A DNA stretch of 64,000 nt from Ignavibacteriota bacterium (GCA_016707525.1 JADJHP010000003.1:140677-204676), one strand, 5' to 3'; positions 39,814 to 51,470 are shown, numbered from the stretch's first letter. A program made the numbers and translations. Notes: generated by a model from the letters alone, not told the origin.

Positions 39814-40314
39814 ATGGCACACGATCCGGTCTCATTCACAGAATTGTACGAGCGCTACGCGCAGGACGTTTTCCGGTTCGCTTTCTGGCTGAGCGGCGAT
39901 GCGGATGACGCCAGGGACATCACTGCGGAGACGTTCGTCCGAGTGTGGACATCGGAGCAGCCGATCCGTGATCTCTCGGTCAAAGCATATCTCTTCACCA
40001 TAGCCCGGCGGCTCTACCTCCAGCACCGGAGGCGGACCACCCGCAGCGCTCCCCTTACCGACGAGAACGCCGGCAGTTCGCACGATACCGAGCGGTCACT
40101 CGAGGACAGGTCTGAACTTGAGCATGTTCTCCGGGCGATGGCGGAGCTGCCTGAGCAGGACAGGGCGATCCTGGTCATGCGCGCAGCCGAGGAGCTCACG
40201 CACGGAGAGATCGCGGCGGCAACAGGTCTATCGATCGCATCGGTGAAGGTACGCATCTTCCGTGCACGTGCGAAGCTATCATCACTTCTTTCATCATCAG
40301 GGAGTTCAACATGA
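39814..40314 (+). CDS. ECF-subfamily RNA polymerase sigma-70 factor
   Basis: Region 2 FTELYERYAQDVFRFAFWLSGDADDARDITAETFVRVW; region 4 LTHGEIAAATGLSIASVKVRIFRARAKL. Confidence 0.85.
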   Translation: MAHDPVSFTELYERYAQDVFRFAFWLSGDADDARDITAETFVRVWTSEQPIRDLSVKAYLFTIARRLYLQHRRRTTRSAPLTDENAGSSHDTERSLEDRSELEHVLRAMAELPEQDRAILVMRAAEELTHGEIAAATGLSIASVKVRIFRARAKLSSLLSSSGSST

Positions 40315-40724
40315 CCGTATCCGTGGATGTGATCAACGATCTGCTGCCGTTGTATGCCGCGAACGAGTGCAGCGCAGATTCACGGCGGCTCGTGGAAGAG
40401 CATCTCAAGGCCCACCCAGAGCTCGCTGCCGGGATGGCGGTTGCGATGCGATCGGTGCTGCGCAACCCGCTCCCTGTGGGCGCGGGCGATACCGAAGAGC
40501 GCCGGGCACTGGCCCGCACGCAGCGGCTGCTCAGGCTGCGATCCTGGTTCATGGCCCTGGCGGGCTTCTTTATGTTGCTGCCCTTCTCCTTCATCGTTTC
40601 CAACGGCACCTTCCGCTGGCTGCTCGCGGAATCACCGGGACATGTCGCAGTATACGAAGCGATCGGAGCCGTGCTGTGGGTTGCGTACTTCGTTACACGC
40701 AGAAAGCTCCGGCACTCCTGGTGA
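40311..40724 (+). CDS. anti-sigma factor (membrane-anchored, cognate to the ECF sigma)
   Basis: ATGA overlap with the sigma gene; DLLPLYAANECSADSRRLVEEHL; C-terminal TM helices. Confidence 0.7.
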   Translation: MTVSVDVINDLLPLYAANECSADSRRLVEEHLKAHPELAAGMAVAMRSVLRNPLPVGAGDTEERRALARTQRLLRLRSWFMALAGFFMLLPFSFIVSNGTFRWLLAESPGHVAVYEAIGAVLWVAYFVTRRKLRHSW

Positions 40725-40956
40725 GCGGCCCTTCGGCCTCGCGGGAGATCGAGGGCGGCACATGAGCGCAATGTGTGCCGCAGGTCCCACCACGGGGGCG
40801 CTTCTGGCTCCCCGATAGCGGGAACGGACCTCGATTTCGACCTTCTTTATCACTTCCATACACTCCCTCCCTGCCTCTTTATCCTCCTGGCATTGATGGA
40901 CAGCAGCGTCGTGGCCATATTGGTCCCCATCACATACGTGAGGGACCCGGTTCATC

Positions 40957-41550
40957 ATGCTCTCAAAGCACATACGTATCGCAGTCATCGTCCTCGGTGC
41001 ATTCACGGTCATTACCGGAGTGGCGTATCCCCTTCTGATAACGGTGATCGCGCAGGCCGCCTTTCCAGGACAGGCAAGCGGGAGCTTCATCGTCAAGAAC
41101 GGCCACACGATAGGATCAGCACTCATCGGACAGCCATTCACATCCCCCGGATATTTCTGGTCACGGCCTTCCGCCACCGGGCCGTTCCCGTACAACGCAG
41201 GAGCATCGAGCGGCTCGAACCTCGGCGTGCTGAATCCGGCCTTGCCCAACCGTGTGAAACAGGACGTTGATCGGCTGAAGTCAGCGGACAGCTCGCTGAG
41301 TGGGCCGATCCCCGTCGATCTAGTCACGACCTCGGGAAGCGGGCTGGATCCGCATATCAGCCCCGACGCTGCACAGGTGCAGATCCCGCGTGTCGCGCGT
41401 GCACGGGGAATGGCAGAGGCCCGGGTATCAGACCTCGTGGCGCGCCACACGGAAGGCCGCTTTCTCGGGATATTCGGAGAGCCGCGCGTGAATGTCCTTG
41501 TGTTGAACCTTGATCTCGATGCTGCAACAACCACGAATGGGAGGGAGTGA
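40957..41550 (+). CDS. kdpC: potassium-transporting ATPase subunit C
   Basis: [52 protein letters not shown]; N-terminal TM anchor. Confidence 0.85.
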   Translation: MLSKHIRIAVIVLGAFTVITGVAYPLLITVIAQAAFPGQASGSFIVKNGHTIGSALIGQPFTSPGYFWSRPSATGPFPYNAGASSGSNLGVLNPALPNRVKQDVDRLKSADSSLSGPIPVDLVTTSGSGLDPHISPDAAQVQIPRVARARGMAEARVSDLVARHTEGRFLGIFGEPRVNVLVLNLDLDAATTTNGRE

Positions 41551-41660
41551 TGCAGGACCTGCTCTATATCGGTGTCGCCATGGCATTCTTTGGCCTGACC
41601 GGACTGCTCGTGAAGCTCTGTGCCGCGCTCTCCGGTGACAGGCCGGGAGGACGGTCATGA
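41550..41660 (+). CDS. 36-aa hydrophobic peptide ([36 protein letters not shown]) coupled between kdpC and kdpF
   Basis: ATG overlaps the kdpC TGA (TGATG). Its TGA overlaps the kdpF ATG (ATGA). Single predicted TM helix. Confidence 0.45.
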   Translation: MQDLLYIGVAMAFFGLTGLLVKLCAALSGDRPGGRS

Positions 41661-41749
41661 GTCTCCTCTACGTTCTGACCGGTCTTCTTGCTGCCGGACT
41701 GTTCATCTACCTTGTTGTGGCCCTCTTGTGGCCGGAGCGATTCGAATGA
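41657..41749 (+). CDS. kdpF: K+-transporting ATPase small subunit F
   Basis: [30 protein letters not shown]; stop overlaps the kdpA ATG (ATGA). Confidence 0.7.
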   Translation: MSLLYVLTGLLAAGLFIYLVVALLWPERFE

Positions 41750-43482
41750 CACTCTCAAGCATGATCCAGCTTCTCGCTTTCCTGATCATCCTGCTTGCCA
41801 CCGTGAAGCCCCTCGGGCTGTACATGGGCCGCGTGTACCGGGGCGAACGCACCCTGCTGCACACGGTGCTCGGTCCCCTCGAGCGCCTGATCTACCGGAT
41901 CGCGGGCATCCGTCCGGATGATGAGATGGATTGGAAAGAGAATGTCGTCGCCATGCTGCTCTTCAATGGCCTCGGATTCCTCTTCATCTATGCTCTCCAG
42001 CGCGTGCAGGGTGTTCTCCCGCTGAACCCCCAGGGCCTGAGCGCCGTGTCACCCGACTCGTCGTTCAACACCGCCGTCAGCTTCGCCACCAACACCAACT
42101 GGCAGGGCTATGGCGGAGAGACAACAATGAGCTATCTGACACAAATGATCGGCCTGACCGTCCAGAACTTCGTCTCCGCGGCAACGGGGATGGCCGTTCT
42201 TGTGCTGTTCATCCGCGGACTCGTCCGGCACACAGCACAGACGCTTGGCAGCTTCTGGGTCGATCTGATCCGCAGCGTTGTCTATATCCTCCTGCCGCTG
42301 TCGTTCGTACTCGCCCTTGCCCTCGTGTCGCAGGGTGTCGTGCAGAGCTTCTCAGGATACGCGACCATACCGTTCGTCGACCAGGTCACAGATGCGCAGG
42401 GACAACGGGTAGCGGAACAGGTGATCGCTGTGGGTCCTGCAGCATCGCAGATCGCGATCAAGCAGCTCGGCACGAACGGAGGCGGATTCTTCAACGTGAA
42501 CTCGGCGCATCCGTTCGAGAACCCGACGCCGTTCTCGAACCTGTTGGAGCTGCTGTCGATCCTCCTGATCCCGGCTGCACTGTGTTACACCTACGGCATG
42601 CTTGTAGAGGATACGCGGCAGGGGTGGGCGATCCTTGCGGTGATGGTGTTGATCTTCATCCCCTTTGTGTTCCTGGCGGTCGGCGCAGAACAGAACGGCA
42701 ACCCGACGATCCAAGCGCTCGGGGTCGACACCCACGCCTCCGCCGGTCAACCGGGTGGCAACATGGAGGGCAAGGAGGTCCGCTTCGGCATCACGCAGTC
42801 GGCGCTGTGGGCGACCGCAACGACGGCGGCCTCGAATGGTTCGGTGAATGCGATGCATGACTCCTTCACGCCCATGGGCGGACTCGTGACATTGGTGATG
42901 ATGCAATTGGGAGAGGTCGTGTTCGGTGGCGTGGGTTCCGGCCTGTACGGCATGCTCATTTTCGTGATCGTCGCGGTCTTTGTGGCCGGTCTGCTTGTTG
43001 GACGGACACCGGAGTACCTCGGTCACAAGATCGAGCCCTATGAGATAAAGATGGCCTCGCTCCTCATCCTCATCATGCCACTTCTTGTCCTTGGAGCCAC
43101 TGCCCTGGGGGTCATCGTTGATGCCGGCAGGATCTCGATCAGCAACCCGGGCGCGCACGGATTCAGTCAGATCCTGTATGCTTTCACATCCACAGGCAAC
43201 AACAACGGAAGCGCATTCGGTGGTCTGGGGGCCAATACCGTCTTCTACAATCTGACCGGAGGGATCGCGATGCTGGTAAGCAGGTATTGGCTGGCGGTGC
43301 CGACGCTCGCTCTCGCTGGCGCACTGGCGAAGAAGAAGCGTGTTCCTGCCTCCGACGGAACACTGCCGACCCATACGCCTCTCTTTGTCGTCTGGGTGGT
43401 AGCGATCGTCCTCCTCGTGGGCGCGCTCAACTTCCTCCCGGCTCTTGCACTCGGTCCCATTGTGGAGCACCTGTTGCTATGA
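41746..43482 (+). CDS. kdpA: potassium-transporting ATPase subunit A
   Basis: [57 protein letters not shown]; 10-12 TM helices. Confidence 0.9.
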   Translation: MTLSSMIQLLAFLIILLATVKPLGLYMGRVYRGERTLLHTVLGPLERLIYRIAGIRPDDEMDWKENVVAMLLFNGLGFLFIYALQRVQGVLPLNPQGLSAVSPDSSFNTAVSFATNTNWQGYGGETTMSYLTQMIGLTVQNFVSAATGMAVLVLFIRGLVRHTAQTLGSFWVDLIRSVVYILLPLSFVLALALVSQGVVQSFSGYATIPFVDQVTDAQGQRVAEQVIAVGPAASQIAIKQLGTNGGGFFNVNSAHPFENPTPFSNLLELLSILLIPAALCYTYGMLVEDTRQGWAILAVMVLIFIPFVFLAVGAEQNGNPTIQALGVDTHASAGQPGGNMEGKEVRFGITQSALWATATTAASNGSVNAMHDSFTPMGGLVTLVMMQLGEVVFGGVGSGLYGMLIFVIVAVFVAGLLVGRTPEYLGHKIEPYEIKMASLLILIMPLLVLGATALGVIVDAGRISISNPGAHGFSQILYAFTSTGNNNGSAFGGLGANTVFYNLTGGIAMLVSRYWLAVPTLALAGALAKKKRVPASDGTLPTHTPLFVVWVVAIVLLVGALNFLPALALGPIVEHLLL

Positions 43483-45611
43483 CAACCATGGAAGCACAAC
43501 ACAGAGGGGCAGAGATGCATCCGGCACCAGAGGCACCCACGTTCACGCGCGGCGGCAATGGTCCCCGTTACTTGACGGCCGTGTACGGGTCCGTACTGAA
43601 GATGAGCCCCCGTCATATGGTCCGCAATCCTGTCATGTTCGTGGTCGAGATCGGCAGCGTCGTCACGACCGCGCTGTGGATCCAGGCGCTCTTCGGGATC
43701 GGTGAAGCACCGGCCGGGTTCACCGGGGCGATCGCACTCTGGCTCTGGTTCACGGTCCTGTTCGCCAATTTCTCAGAGGCGGTCGCCGAAGGGCGCGGCA
43801 AGGCCCAGGCAGAGGCCCTGAGGCGTTCCCGGCAATCCACCAAAGCCAAGAAGCTTCGCGATGGGAGGTTTGGCGATCAGTACGAGACCGTTCTCGCAGG
43901 AGATCTCCATGCCGGTGACGCGATCCTTGCCGAGACAGGCGATGTGATCGCCGCCGATGGCGAAGTGATCGAAGGGATCGCATCGGTTGACGAGAGCGCG
44001 ATCACCGGTGAAAGTGCGCCGGTCATTCGCGAGTCCGGAGGCGACCGGAGCGCCGTCACGGGCGGCACCCGCGTCCTCTCCGACTGGCTGGTCGTCCGCA
44101 TTACGAGCGAGCCGGGTGGAGGATTCCTTGACCGGATGATCTCCCTCATCGAAGGGGCCAGGCGTCAGAAGACACCGAACGAGATCGCGCTGAACATCCT
44201 GCTCGCGGCGTTCACGATCATCTTTCTGGGCGTGTGTGTGACGCTGCTCCCCTTCTCGGTGTTCAGTGTCCATGCCGCGGGACAGGGAACGCCGATCACG
44301 GTCACCGTGCTTGTCGCCCTGCTGGTCTGCCTTATCCCGACCACGATCGGTGGGCTGCTCTCGGCGATCGGCATCGCCGGTATGGACAGAATGATCCGGC
44401 ACAATGTGATCGCCACGTCCGGCCGTGCCATTGAGGCTGCAGGCGATGTGGACGTGTTGCTGCTCGACAAGACCGGCACGATCACGCTCGGGAACCGCAT
44501 GGCAACGGAGTTCACGCCGGCACCCGGGATCACTGCGGAACGGCTGGCCGATGCAGCGCAGCTCTCATCGATGGCGGACGAGACGCCGGAGGGGCGGTCG
44601 ATCGCGATCCTCGCCAAGGAACGGTACGGCCTCCGTGGCCGGGGGCTTCATGATACGTCGGTCCACTTCATCCCCTTCACGGCCCAGACGCGCATGAGCG
44701 GCGTCGACATCGTCGGAGAGGGAAAGCAGCACCGCCGCATACGGAAGGGCGCTGCGGATGCGGTGCGCGGGTTCGTCGAATCCGCCGGAGGCATGATGCC
44801 GGCAACGGTCGACAAGGCGATCCAGGAGATCAGCCGGCAGGGTGCAACGCCTCTGGTGGTCGCGGAGAACAGCGAGGTCCTCGGCGTGATCCATCTCAAG
44901 GATATCGTCAAAGGTGGTATCAAAGAGCGTTTCGCTCACCTCCGGAAGATGGGGATCAGGACGATCATGATCACGGGCGACAACCCGCTCACCGCGGCAG
45001 CCATCGCCGCCGAGGCGGGGGTGGACGACTTCCTGGCGGAAGCCCGGCCCGAGGACAAGCTCGAGCTGATCCGGGAACATCAGCGTGGGGGACGGCTTGT
45101 GGCGATGACGGGCGACGGCACCAACGACGCCCCGGCCCTCGCCCAGGCCGACGTGGCTGTGGCCATGAACACCGGGACGCAGTCCGCGCGTGAAGCTTCG
45201 AACATGATCGACCTCGACAGCAATCCGACCAAACTGATGGAGATCGTGGAGATCGGGAAGCAGTTGCTCATGACGCGCGGGGCGCTGACGACATTCAGCA
45301 TCGCGAACGACGTGGCAAAGTACTTCGCGATCATCCCGGCGGCGTTCGCGACGACGTACCCCGTCCTCGGGACGCTGAATATCATGGGACTGCGTTCGCC
45401 CGAAAGTGCGATCCTGTCGGCGGTCATCTTCAATGCCCTGATCATCATCGCGCTGATCCCGCTGGCGCTCACAGGTGTGAGGTATGTGCCGATGAGCGCT
45501 GCTTCACTCCTGCGGCGACATCTCCTCATCTACGGTGTCGGCGGATTGCTCGTGCCATTCGCCGGGATCAAGGCCATCGACATGCTCCTCACGGTTCTCG
45601 GGTTGACGTGA
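43479..45611 (+). CDS. kdpB: potassium-transporting P-type ATPase subunit B
   Basis: DKTGTIT phosphorylation motif, [14 protein letters not shown]; ATGA overlap with kdpA. Confidence 0.9.
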   Translation: MTTMEAQHRGAEMHPAPEAPTFTRGGNGPRYLTAVYGSVLKMSPRHMVRNPVMFVVEIGSVVTTALWIQALFGIGEAPAGFTGAIALWLWFTVLFANFSEAVAEGRGKAQAEALRRSRQSTKAKKLRDGRFGDQYETVLAGDLHAGDAILAETGDVIAADGEVIEGIASVDESAITGESAPVIRESGGDRSAVTGGTRVLSDWLVVRITSEPGGGFLDRMISLIEGARRQKTPNEIALNILLAAFTIIFLGVCVTLLPFSVFSVHAAGQGTPITVTVLVALLVCLIPTTIGGLLSAIGIAGMDRMIRHNVIATSGRAIEAAGDVDVLLLDKTGTITLGNRMATEFTPAPGITAERLADAAQLSSMADETPEGRSIAILAKERYGLRGRGLHDTSVHFIPFTAQTRMSGVDIVGEGKQHRRIRKGAADAVRGFVESAGGMMPATVDKAIQEISRQGATPLVVAENSEVLGVIHLKDIVKGGIKERFAHLRKMGIRTIMITGDNPLTAAAIAAEAGVDDFLAEARPEDKLELIREHQRGGRLVAMTGDGTNDAPALAQADVAVAMNTGTQSAREASNMIDLDSNPTKLMEIVEIGKQLLMTRGALTTFSIANDVAKYFAIIPAAFATTYPVLGTLNIMGLRSPESAILSAVIFNALIIIALIPLALTGVRYVPMSAASLLRRHLLIYGVGGLLVPFAGIKAIDMLLTVLGLT

Positions 45612-45683
45612 CCTCCACAATACGAACGGCGGATGGTTCCCTCCCCGGGGGCACCACCCGCCGCAGCACGACCTCCTGGCTGA

Positions 45684-46376
45684 TCACTCAACGAGCCTGT
45701 ATCCCACTCCCGCCTCCGTCACAAGAAGCCGGGGCATGGCGGGATCGTTCTCGATCTTCTTTCTCAACTGACCGACAAAGACACGAAGGTACTGGGTCTC
45801 TTCGGCATACGTCGGACCCCAGATCTCCCGCAGCAGATACGAGTGGGTGAGCACTTTCCCGGGATTGCGCACGAAGAGTTCCAGCAGAGAGTACTCTGTG
45901 GGGGTCAGTTTGATCTGCTGTCCGCGGACGCTGACGGTACGGGCTGCGATATCGACAGAGAGATCCCCCGCTTCGAACATGCGCTCCTCTTTTCCCGAGA
46001 GGCGGTGGCGGAGCAGCGCGCGGACGCGCGCGAGAAGTTCCCCCGTACGGAAGGGCTTCGTGAGATAGTCATCCGCCCCCCCGTCGAGAGCACCGACGAT
46101 CGTCTCTTCTGCTTCGCGGACCGAGAGGATGAGGACGGGCACCGACGACCATGTCCGCAGTTGCTGGAGCACCGTCGTTCCGTCCATATCGGGCAACCCG
46201 AGGTCAAGAATGACGATGTCCGGATGATGCGTGGATGCCTGCGCCAGGCCATCGGCCCCGGTCTCCGCCGGCATCACCTTGTACCCTTCCTCTTCGAGTG
46301 CACGTTTGAGCAGTCGGCGGATCTGAACCTCGTCGTCGATGACCAGGATGGTGGCAGGATGGATGGCGGTGCTCAT
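45684..46376 (-). CDS. kdpE: OmpR-family response regulator KdpE
   Basis: ILVIDDEVQIRRLL..VILDLGLPDMDG; winged-helix C-terminus (GYRLVE); start overlaps the kdpD stop. Confidence 0.85.
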   Translation of the reverse strand: MSTAIHPATILVIDDEVQIRRLLKRALEEEGYKVMPAETGADGLAQASTHHPDIVILDLGLPDMDGTTVLQQLRTWSSVPVLILSVREAEETIVGALDGGADDYLTKPFRTGELLARVRALLRHRLSGKEERMFEAGDLSVDIAARTVSVRGQQIKLTPTEYSLLELFVRNPGKVLTHSYLLREIWGPTYAEETQYLRVFVGQLRKKIENDPAMPRLLVTEAGVGYRLVE

Positions 46377-49045
46377 GTCAGTTGTACCGTTGGTGGTGGA
46401 GAACCAAGGGGCAAACGGATGGTGAACTGTACCCCTCCTTCGGCGCGGTTGGCGCAACTGATCGCCCCACCGTGGGCAAGGACGATCCCCTGCGAGATCG
46501 AGAGGCCCAGGCCCGTCCCACCGGCCCGGGTGTCTTTCCCCCGGAAGAACTTCTGAAAGACCCGGTCGACCTCGCCGGCGGGGATCCCTTTCCCGTTGTC
46601 GGCCACGGAGAGCACGCACTCATTCCCCTCCACGCGGGCGTCAACGATGATCCGTGTCGCCCCCTCGGCGTGGATCACGGCATTCCTGATGATATTCACC
46701 AGTGCCTGTTCCAGGAGTCCTTGATCCGCCTGGATCAGGGGGAGGGATTCCGCAACGGAGATACGCACCTCGTGATTGTGGAGCACCTCCTCGAGTTTGC
46801 GCACAGCAGTGCCGACGAGATCAGCGACATCGCACCACGACTTCCGGAGTTTCAGCAGGCCGGACTCCAGGCGCGTCATATCCAGCAAATTCTGGACCAG
46901 CGTGTTGAGGCGATCCGCCCCCTCGCGGATCTCACGGACGATCTCGCGGACCCTCCCGCCCTCCTCATCGGCATGGTTGTCCAACTGGTCCGTCGCACCC
47001 ATGATCGCTGCTACGGGCGTCCGGAACTCATGCGACAGCGTATCGAACAGTGTACGATACAGCCGTTCTGATTCCGCAACGACCAGGGTCTTCCTCGTCA
47101 GGTCGTGCAGCTGTTCCCGTTCAAATGCCGACGAGATCTGACCGAGGAACGCCTGGAATAATGCATCCTGGTCGATCGTGAACGGCTCCCCGGACTGCAC
47201 GTGGACGCCTATGACACCGAGGGGGTAGCGCGGGCCGGACAGGGGGTGATACGTGGCGAGCGCTGAGGGCAGCGTGTCGGTGAACCGTCCGGCCTTGTGC
47301 TCGTTCCAGTAGACCCATGCCGCGACGCCGAACTCCTTCTGGTCCACGGCAAAACTGCTGGCGGCGTGGGCCTCGGTGAATATGTCGCCGTCCGATTGGC
47401 TGAGCAACACGGCAGTGTCCGCGGAGAATGTCTGCCGGATGCTCTCCACCGCAGCCCTGGCCACGTCATCCTGCGTCCGTGCGCGCGAGAGTTCCTTCGT
47501 CAGTGCGAACAGTGCGGTCGCATGCTGTTCACGCAGGCGGAGGTTCTTTTCTCTCGCCCTGATCTTTGCGGTGAGCACCCCCGTCACGGCGGCGACGCAG
47601 AAGTAGAGCCCGAACATCAGGACATCCTGCAGCAACCCGATCGCGAAGGTGAATGTCGGCGGGATGAAGAAGAAGTTCCACAGGACCGCGCTGAGGGCGG
47701 CGGCGAGGAGGACCGGGCCGGCATCCAGCTTGAGCGGGAGGAGCACCACGGCAAAAAGCAGGAATAACGAGACGGACTGGTATCCGAGCATGTCCTGCAG
47801 GGGGTAGAGCGCGACCGCCACAGCGATCGTCACCGTGGCGGCGATCAGATACTGCTTGAGCCCCGACCGTATCTCCGGCAGCCAATCACGTCCAGGAAAT
47901 GCCCGCACGGATCCCGTCCCGCCGACCACGTAAATGTCGAGATCACCGCTACGCTCGATAAGCTTGTCGAGCAAGCTCTGCCCGATATGTGCTTTCCCGG
48001 TCGGCTTGCCGACGAGGAGCTGGGTCACGCGCCTGTCCCGCGCTACGCGGAGCAGGCCCTCCACCACATTGTCGTCAGCGGTCGTAACGATCTCGGCACC
48101 AAGCTCGCGTGCAAGTTTGATATTGGCGTCCAGCCGCTCACGTTCGGCGGGCGAGAGCGTGCGGGAGCGCTCCACATAGACCGCGATCCACGGGGCGTCC
48201 ATCGCATAGGCGGTGCGGCGCGCCCAGCGTATGAGCTTCACGGTGTTCGGGCTGGCACTGATGCCGACAAGGATCCGCTGTCCGGACTTCACGGCACCTT
48301 CGCTCTGCCGCCCCTTCATCATATCCTGAAGCTGATGATCCACCCGCTCCGCCACGAGGCGGAGTGCCATTTCGCGGAGAGCCGTGAGGTTGCTTGTCCT
48401 GAAGAAATGGCGGACCGCCTCGCGTGAGCGCTCGGGCGCATAGACCTTCCCTTCGGCAAGTCGCTTGAGAAGCTCTTCCGGAGGGAGGTCGACGATCTCG
48501 ACGGCATCGGCCCGTTCAAGGATCGAATCAGGGATGGTCTCGCGGATCACGATGCCCGTGATCTGTGCAACGGTGTCCGCCCGGCTTTCGAGGTGTTGGA
48601 TATTCAGGGTGGTGTAGACATCGATGCCGGCGTCGAGGAGTTCGGTCACATCCTGGTGGCGGCGAAGATGGCGGCTTTCCGGGGCATTGGTGTGGGCGAG
48701 CTCATCGACGAGGACGAGTCCGGGCCGTCGGCGCAGGATCTCATCCACATCCATCTCCCCGATCAACCGTCCACGGTACTCGATCGACTTCCGGGGGAGA
48801 ATTTCCAGGCCGTCAAGAAGCGCCTCCGTCTCCTTCCGGCCGTGGGTCTCGACATAGCCTACGAGCACGGAGCCCCCCTTCGACTGCGCTTCACGTGCAG
48901 CCATCAGCATGTCGTAGGTTTTGCCCACCCCCGCGCACATGCCGAGGAAGACCTTCAGCCGGCCGTGCTTGCCGCGCTCCTCGTCACGCCGGAGAGAATC
49001 CAGCAGATGGTCCGGATCGGGCCGATGTGGATCGCCAGATGTCAC
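46373..49045 (-). CDS. kdpD: osmosensitive K+ channel sensor histidine kinase KdpD
   Basis: N-terminal KdpD domain GMCAGVGKTY; Usp domain; 4 TM; HisKA SHEFRTP; HATPase GTGLGLSI. Confidence 0.9.
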   Translation of the reverse strand: MTSGDPHRPDPDHLLDSLRRDEERGKHGRLKVFLGMCAGVGKTYDMLMAAREAQSKGGSVLVGYVETHGRKETEALLDGLEILPRKSIEYRGRLIGEMDVDEILRRRPGLVLVDELAHTNAPESRHLRRHQDVTELLDAGIDVYTTLNIQHLESRADTVAQITGIVIRETIPDSILERADAVEIVDLPPEELLKRLAEGKVYAPERSREAVRHFFRTSNLTALREMALRLVAERVDHQLQDMMKGRQSEGAVKSGQRILVGISASPNTVKLIRWARRTAYAMDAPWIAVYVERSRTLSPAERERLDANIKLARELGAEIVTTADDNVVEGLLRVARDRRVTQLLVGKPTGKAHIGQSLLDKLIERSGDLDIYVVGGTGSVRAFPGRDWLPEIRSGLKQYLIAATVTIAVAVALYPLQDMLGYQSVSLFLLFAVVLLPLKLDAGPVLLAAALSAVLWNFFFIPPTFTFAIGLLQDVLMFGLYFCVAAVTGVLTAKIRAREKNLRLREQHATALFALTKELSRARTQDDVARAAVESIRQTFSADTAVLLSQSDGDIFTEAHAASSFAVDQKEFGVAAWVYWNEHKAGRFTDTLPSALATYHPLSGPRYPLGVIGVHVQSGEPFTIDQDALFQAFLGQISSAFEREQLHDLTRKTLVVAESERLYRTLFDTLSHEFRTPVAAIMGATDQLDNHADEEGGRVREIVREIREGADRLNTLVQNLLDMTRLESGLLKLRKSWCDVADLVGTAVRKLEEVLHNHEVRISVAESLPLIQADQGLLEQALVNIIRNAVIHAEGATRIIVDARVEGNECVLSVADNGKGIPAGEVDRVFQKFFRGKDTRAGGTGLGLSISQGIVLAHGGAISCANRAEGGVQFTIRLPLGSPPPTVQLT

Positions 49046-49221
49046 AATCGCTCACATGAGATCGGTCAATGATGCCATCACGCCTGCACCATCGGGGCAG
49101 GCAACGGAACATACGAAAGCGCCCCGTCAGAAGTTAACTTCGCAGGCGGGCGTAAGAAACTTAAAAAAGGGCTTTTCCTGAGGACGGAAAGAGGCCGGAT
49201 CCGGGCACGGGCCGCGGAGGA

Positions 49222-51435
49222 CTATTCTACCACGATCTCATCCGCGAACAGGAACGACTCGCCTCCGGCTGCCTGATGCCATGCAGGAAGCGGCCCCGGA
49301 TTCTTCGCGATCACTTTCACGAAACGGCCCTTCACCCCGGAGAAGGCGGCCGTGAAGTCGCGGACCACCGTCCCATCCTCCTTCTGATCCACGGTCGTCA
49401 CGGCCTCACCCGCCAGGGCATACTCCCGCCCATCGGCCGAGATCCAGAACTGCACACGGGATGGCATGAGGATCCATGAGTAGCTTGCCTGCAAGAATCC
49501 CATGCTGATGCGATGGATCTCCGTCTGCTCACTCAGATCCATGATGGCTTCCACATCCTGCCCCTGATATCCCTGCCAGCGACCATCCTTGAAGTCATCC
49601 GATCCGCGGAGGCCGTCCGTCAGCGCCAGCGGTCCGCCGGCCGCATACGCAGGATCGTACGTGCTGTACGTCGCATGCAGCGCGGTGAGACGGCCGATCG
49701 CACGGTGGACAAGGAAGTGCTTCTCTGCAACAGGCCATGCCTTCTTTCCCGTGAAGACACGTGCCTTGATCATCGATGATCGATCGAGTACAAACGGTCC
49801 GGCAGAGACCGCGGACCGCATGGTGGGTTCGGAGCCATCGGTGGTATAGCGGATCTCCCGGTCGCCGAAAGGTGTCGTGCACCTCACCCTGAGAACGCCG
49901 TCGACACCTGTGGTGTCTTTCTCGATGAGCACAAGCTTGTCGAGGTCCAGCAATTGTGCGCCGAGACGGTCATACTTCGCCAGCACCCGGTCGCGCCACC
50001 AGCCCCGGTTCTCGCGATCCCAGAGCACCGCGTACGTGTTCTTCAGGCCATGCAGCTCTTCAAAGAGCCCCCGCATCAGCTCCTTCGTCCGGATGATGTT
50101 GCTCCCCGTCGGTGACCGCATGGTCTTCGCCAGCTCGGCGCGCACGATGTTCTTCTTCCCGGTGAACGCCACCCTGTCCGCAGCGAACACCGCCGCATCG
50201 AGCACCTCCTTGTGGAGGAGGGCCTTCGCACGGAGAGTCTCCAGGGCGGAGCGAAGCGCGGCCGCCTCACGGACAACCCGTTCATTCAGCGCCACCGCCG
50301 CGGCGTCAACCTCTCCCGGATAGATCTCCAGCATACTGGTCCAGACCGCTCCGTCGGTCACGATGCCCCTGATCGGCATCGAGCGGAGGGAATCAAACCG
50401 GTACAAGGTCGCGGCGACATCCGGTGCCCCGAAAAACAATGCGTCAAACGATCGATCGAAGGCCCTGCTTCGCACCCGGAGATCTTCCTTCGCCGCCTCA
50501 CCTTTCAGCGGCCGCGCAGGGGACCATGAACACTCGGCCCCCCAGAGGAGGCCGTGCCAGTTGTACGCACCGAGGTTCTCGCCGTCGTCGACCCATACGG
50601 TGTTCATCATGCCCATGGTCCCCAGCGCAGCACCGTCGCGGACATAGTTCGAGATATTCACGCTTGCGACGGACATGTTCGGCCACACATTCCCCCAGCA
50701 GTTCACGCCGGGCGCGACCATGAAGTCGAACCCTGTCTTCTTGAACGGCAAAATGGCATCGTCAAAGCTGTCCGCGAGATGATACCCCCACGACACAATG
50801 ATGAGATCCTTCGGCAGCCGGTCGATGATCTGCGGATTGTTCACCGCGATATCACCCCACATCATCAGGCGTTTGCCATAGGGTTTCACAAGGGCATCGA
50901 CCCTCCCGATGTGATAGGCGTAGACCCCTCCGGCGCCCATCGAATCCACCATTCTCCGCGCGGGGCCTTCGCCGAGCCCGGATACCTCATCGCTGTTGAT
51001 ATGGAAGAGGCGGCTCTCGTACGACGGAACGATCTCGGCGAAGACATCCTTCAGATAGTCGTAGGTCTTCTCCACGGCCGGACTCACGACCCACGCATTC
51101 TCCGCCATGGGGCGGTAGAAGGGGATCGCCAGAGTGTGTTCCATGTGGCCGAACGGCTGCGCATTCCCGATGAGCTCGATGTGGTGCAAGCGGGCAACAG
51201 CGGCAAGTTCCGCCACCTGCTCCGGTGTGATCCCGTCCGCCGGCGCAACATCCGGATGGGACCGGAGCCGGAACACATGCTCCGTATAGAGGGTAAGGGA
51301 ATTCTGTTTGTACTCCGCAAGCGTTGCAATGATCTCCTTGAGATAGGCCATCGTCGGTATCGGCCCACGGCTGATGTCCAGCATGACCCCGCGGTACCGC
51401 AGTCCCGGCCAGTCCATGATCGTCATGCAGGGCAC
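49222..51435 (-). CDS. GH20 beta-N-acetylhexosaminidase catalytic domain plus C-terminal F5/8-type-C domain (fragment 2 of a frameshifted gene)
   Basis: WPGLRYRGVMLDISRGP.. and HINSDEV (GH20 R-G-x-x-LD and HxGGDE equivalents). C-terminus GRFVKVIAKNPG..AWHQAAGGESFLFADEIVVE. GTG start. Confidence 0.8.
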   Translation of the reverse strand: MPCMTIMDWPGLRYRGVMLDISRGPIPTMAYLKEIIATLAEYKQNSLTLYTEHVFRLRSHPDVAPADGITPEQVAELAAVARLHHIELIGNAQPFGHMEHTLAIPFYRPMAENAWVVSPAVEKTYDYLKDVFAEIVPSYESRLFHINSDEVSGLGEGPARRMVDSMGAGGVYAYHIGRVDALVKPYGKRLMMWGDIAVNNPQIIDRLPKDLIIVSWGYHLADSFDDAILPFKKTGFDFMVAPGVNCWGNVWPNMSVASVNISNYVRDGAALGTMGMMNTVWVDDGENLGAYNWHGLLWGAECSWSPARPLKGEAAKEDLRVRSRAFDRSFDALFFGAPDVAATLYRFDSLRSMPIRGIVTDGAVWTSMLEIYPGEVDAAAVALNERVVREAAALRSALETLRAKALLHKEVLDAAVFAADRVAFTGKKNIVRAELAKTMRSPTGSNIIRTKELMRGLFEELHGLKNTYAVLWDRENRGWWRDRVLAKYDRLGAQLLDLDKLVLIEKDTTGVDGVLRVRCTTPFGDREIRYTTDGSEPTMRSAVSAGPFVLDRSSMIKARVFTGKKAWPVAEKHFLVHRAIGRLTALHATYSTYDPAYAAGGPLALTDGLRGSDDFKDGRWQGYQGQDVEAIMDLSEQTEIHRISMGFLQASYSWILMPSRVQFWISADGREYALAGEAVTTVDQKEDGTVVRDFTAAFSGVKGRFVKVIAKNPGPLPAWHQAAGGESFLFADEIVVE

Positions 51436-51470
51436 CTCGTGTCCCGAGGCATTGACTCTGATGAGCTGCT

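Noticed and set aside
40632-41534. 300-aa minus-strand ORF and 165-aa plus ORF 40773..41270
   Set aside because: Both overlap the well-supported kdpC on other frames or strands; GC-driven spurious ORFs.
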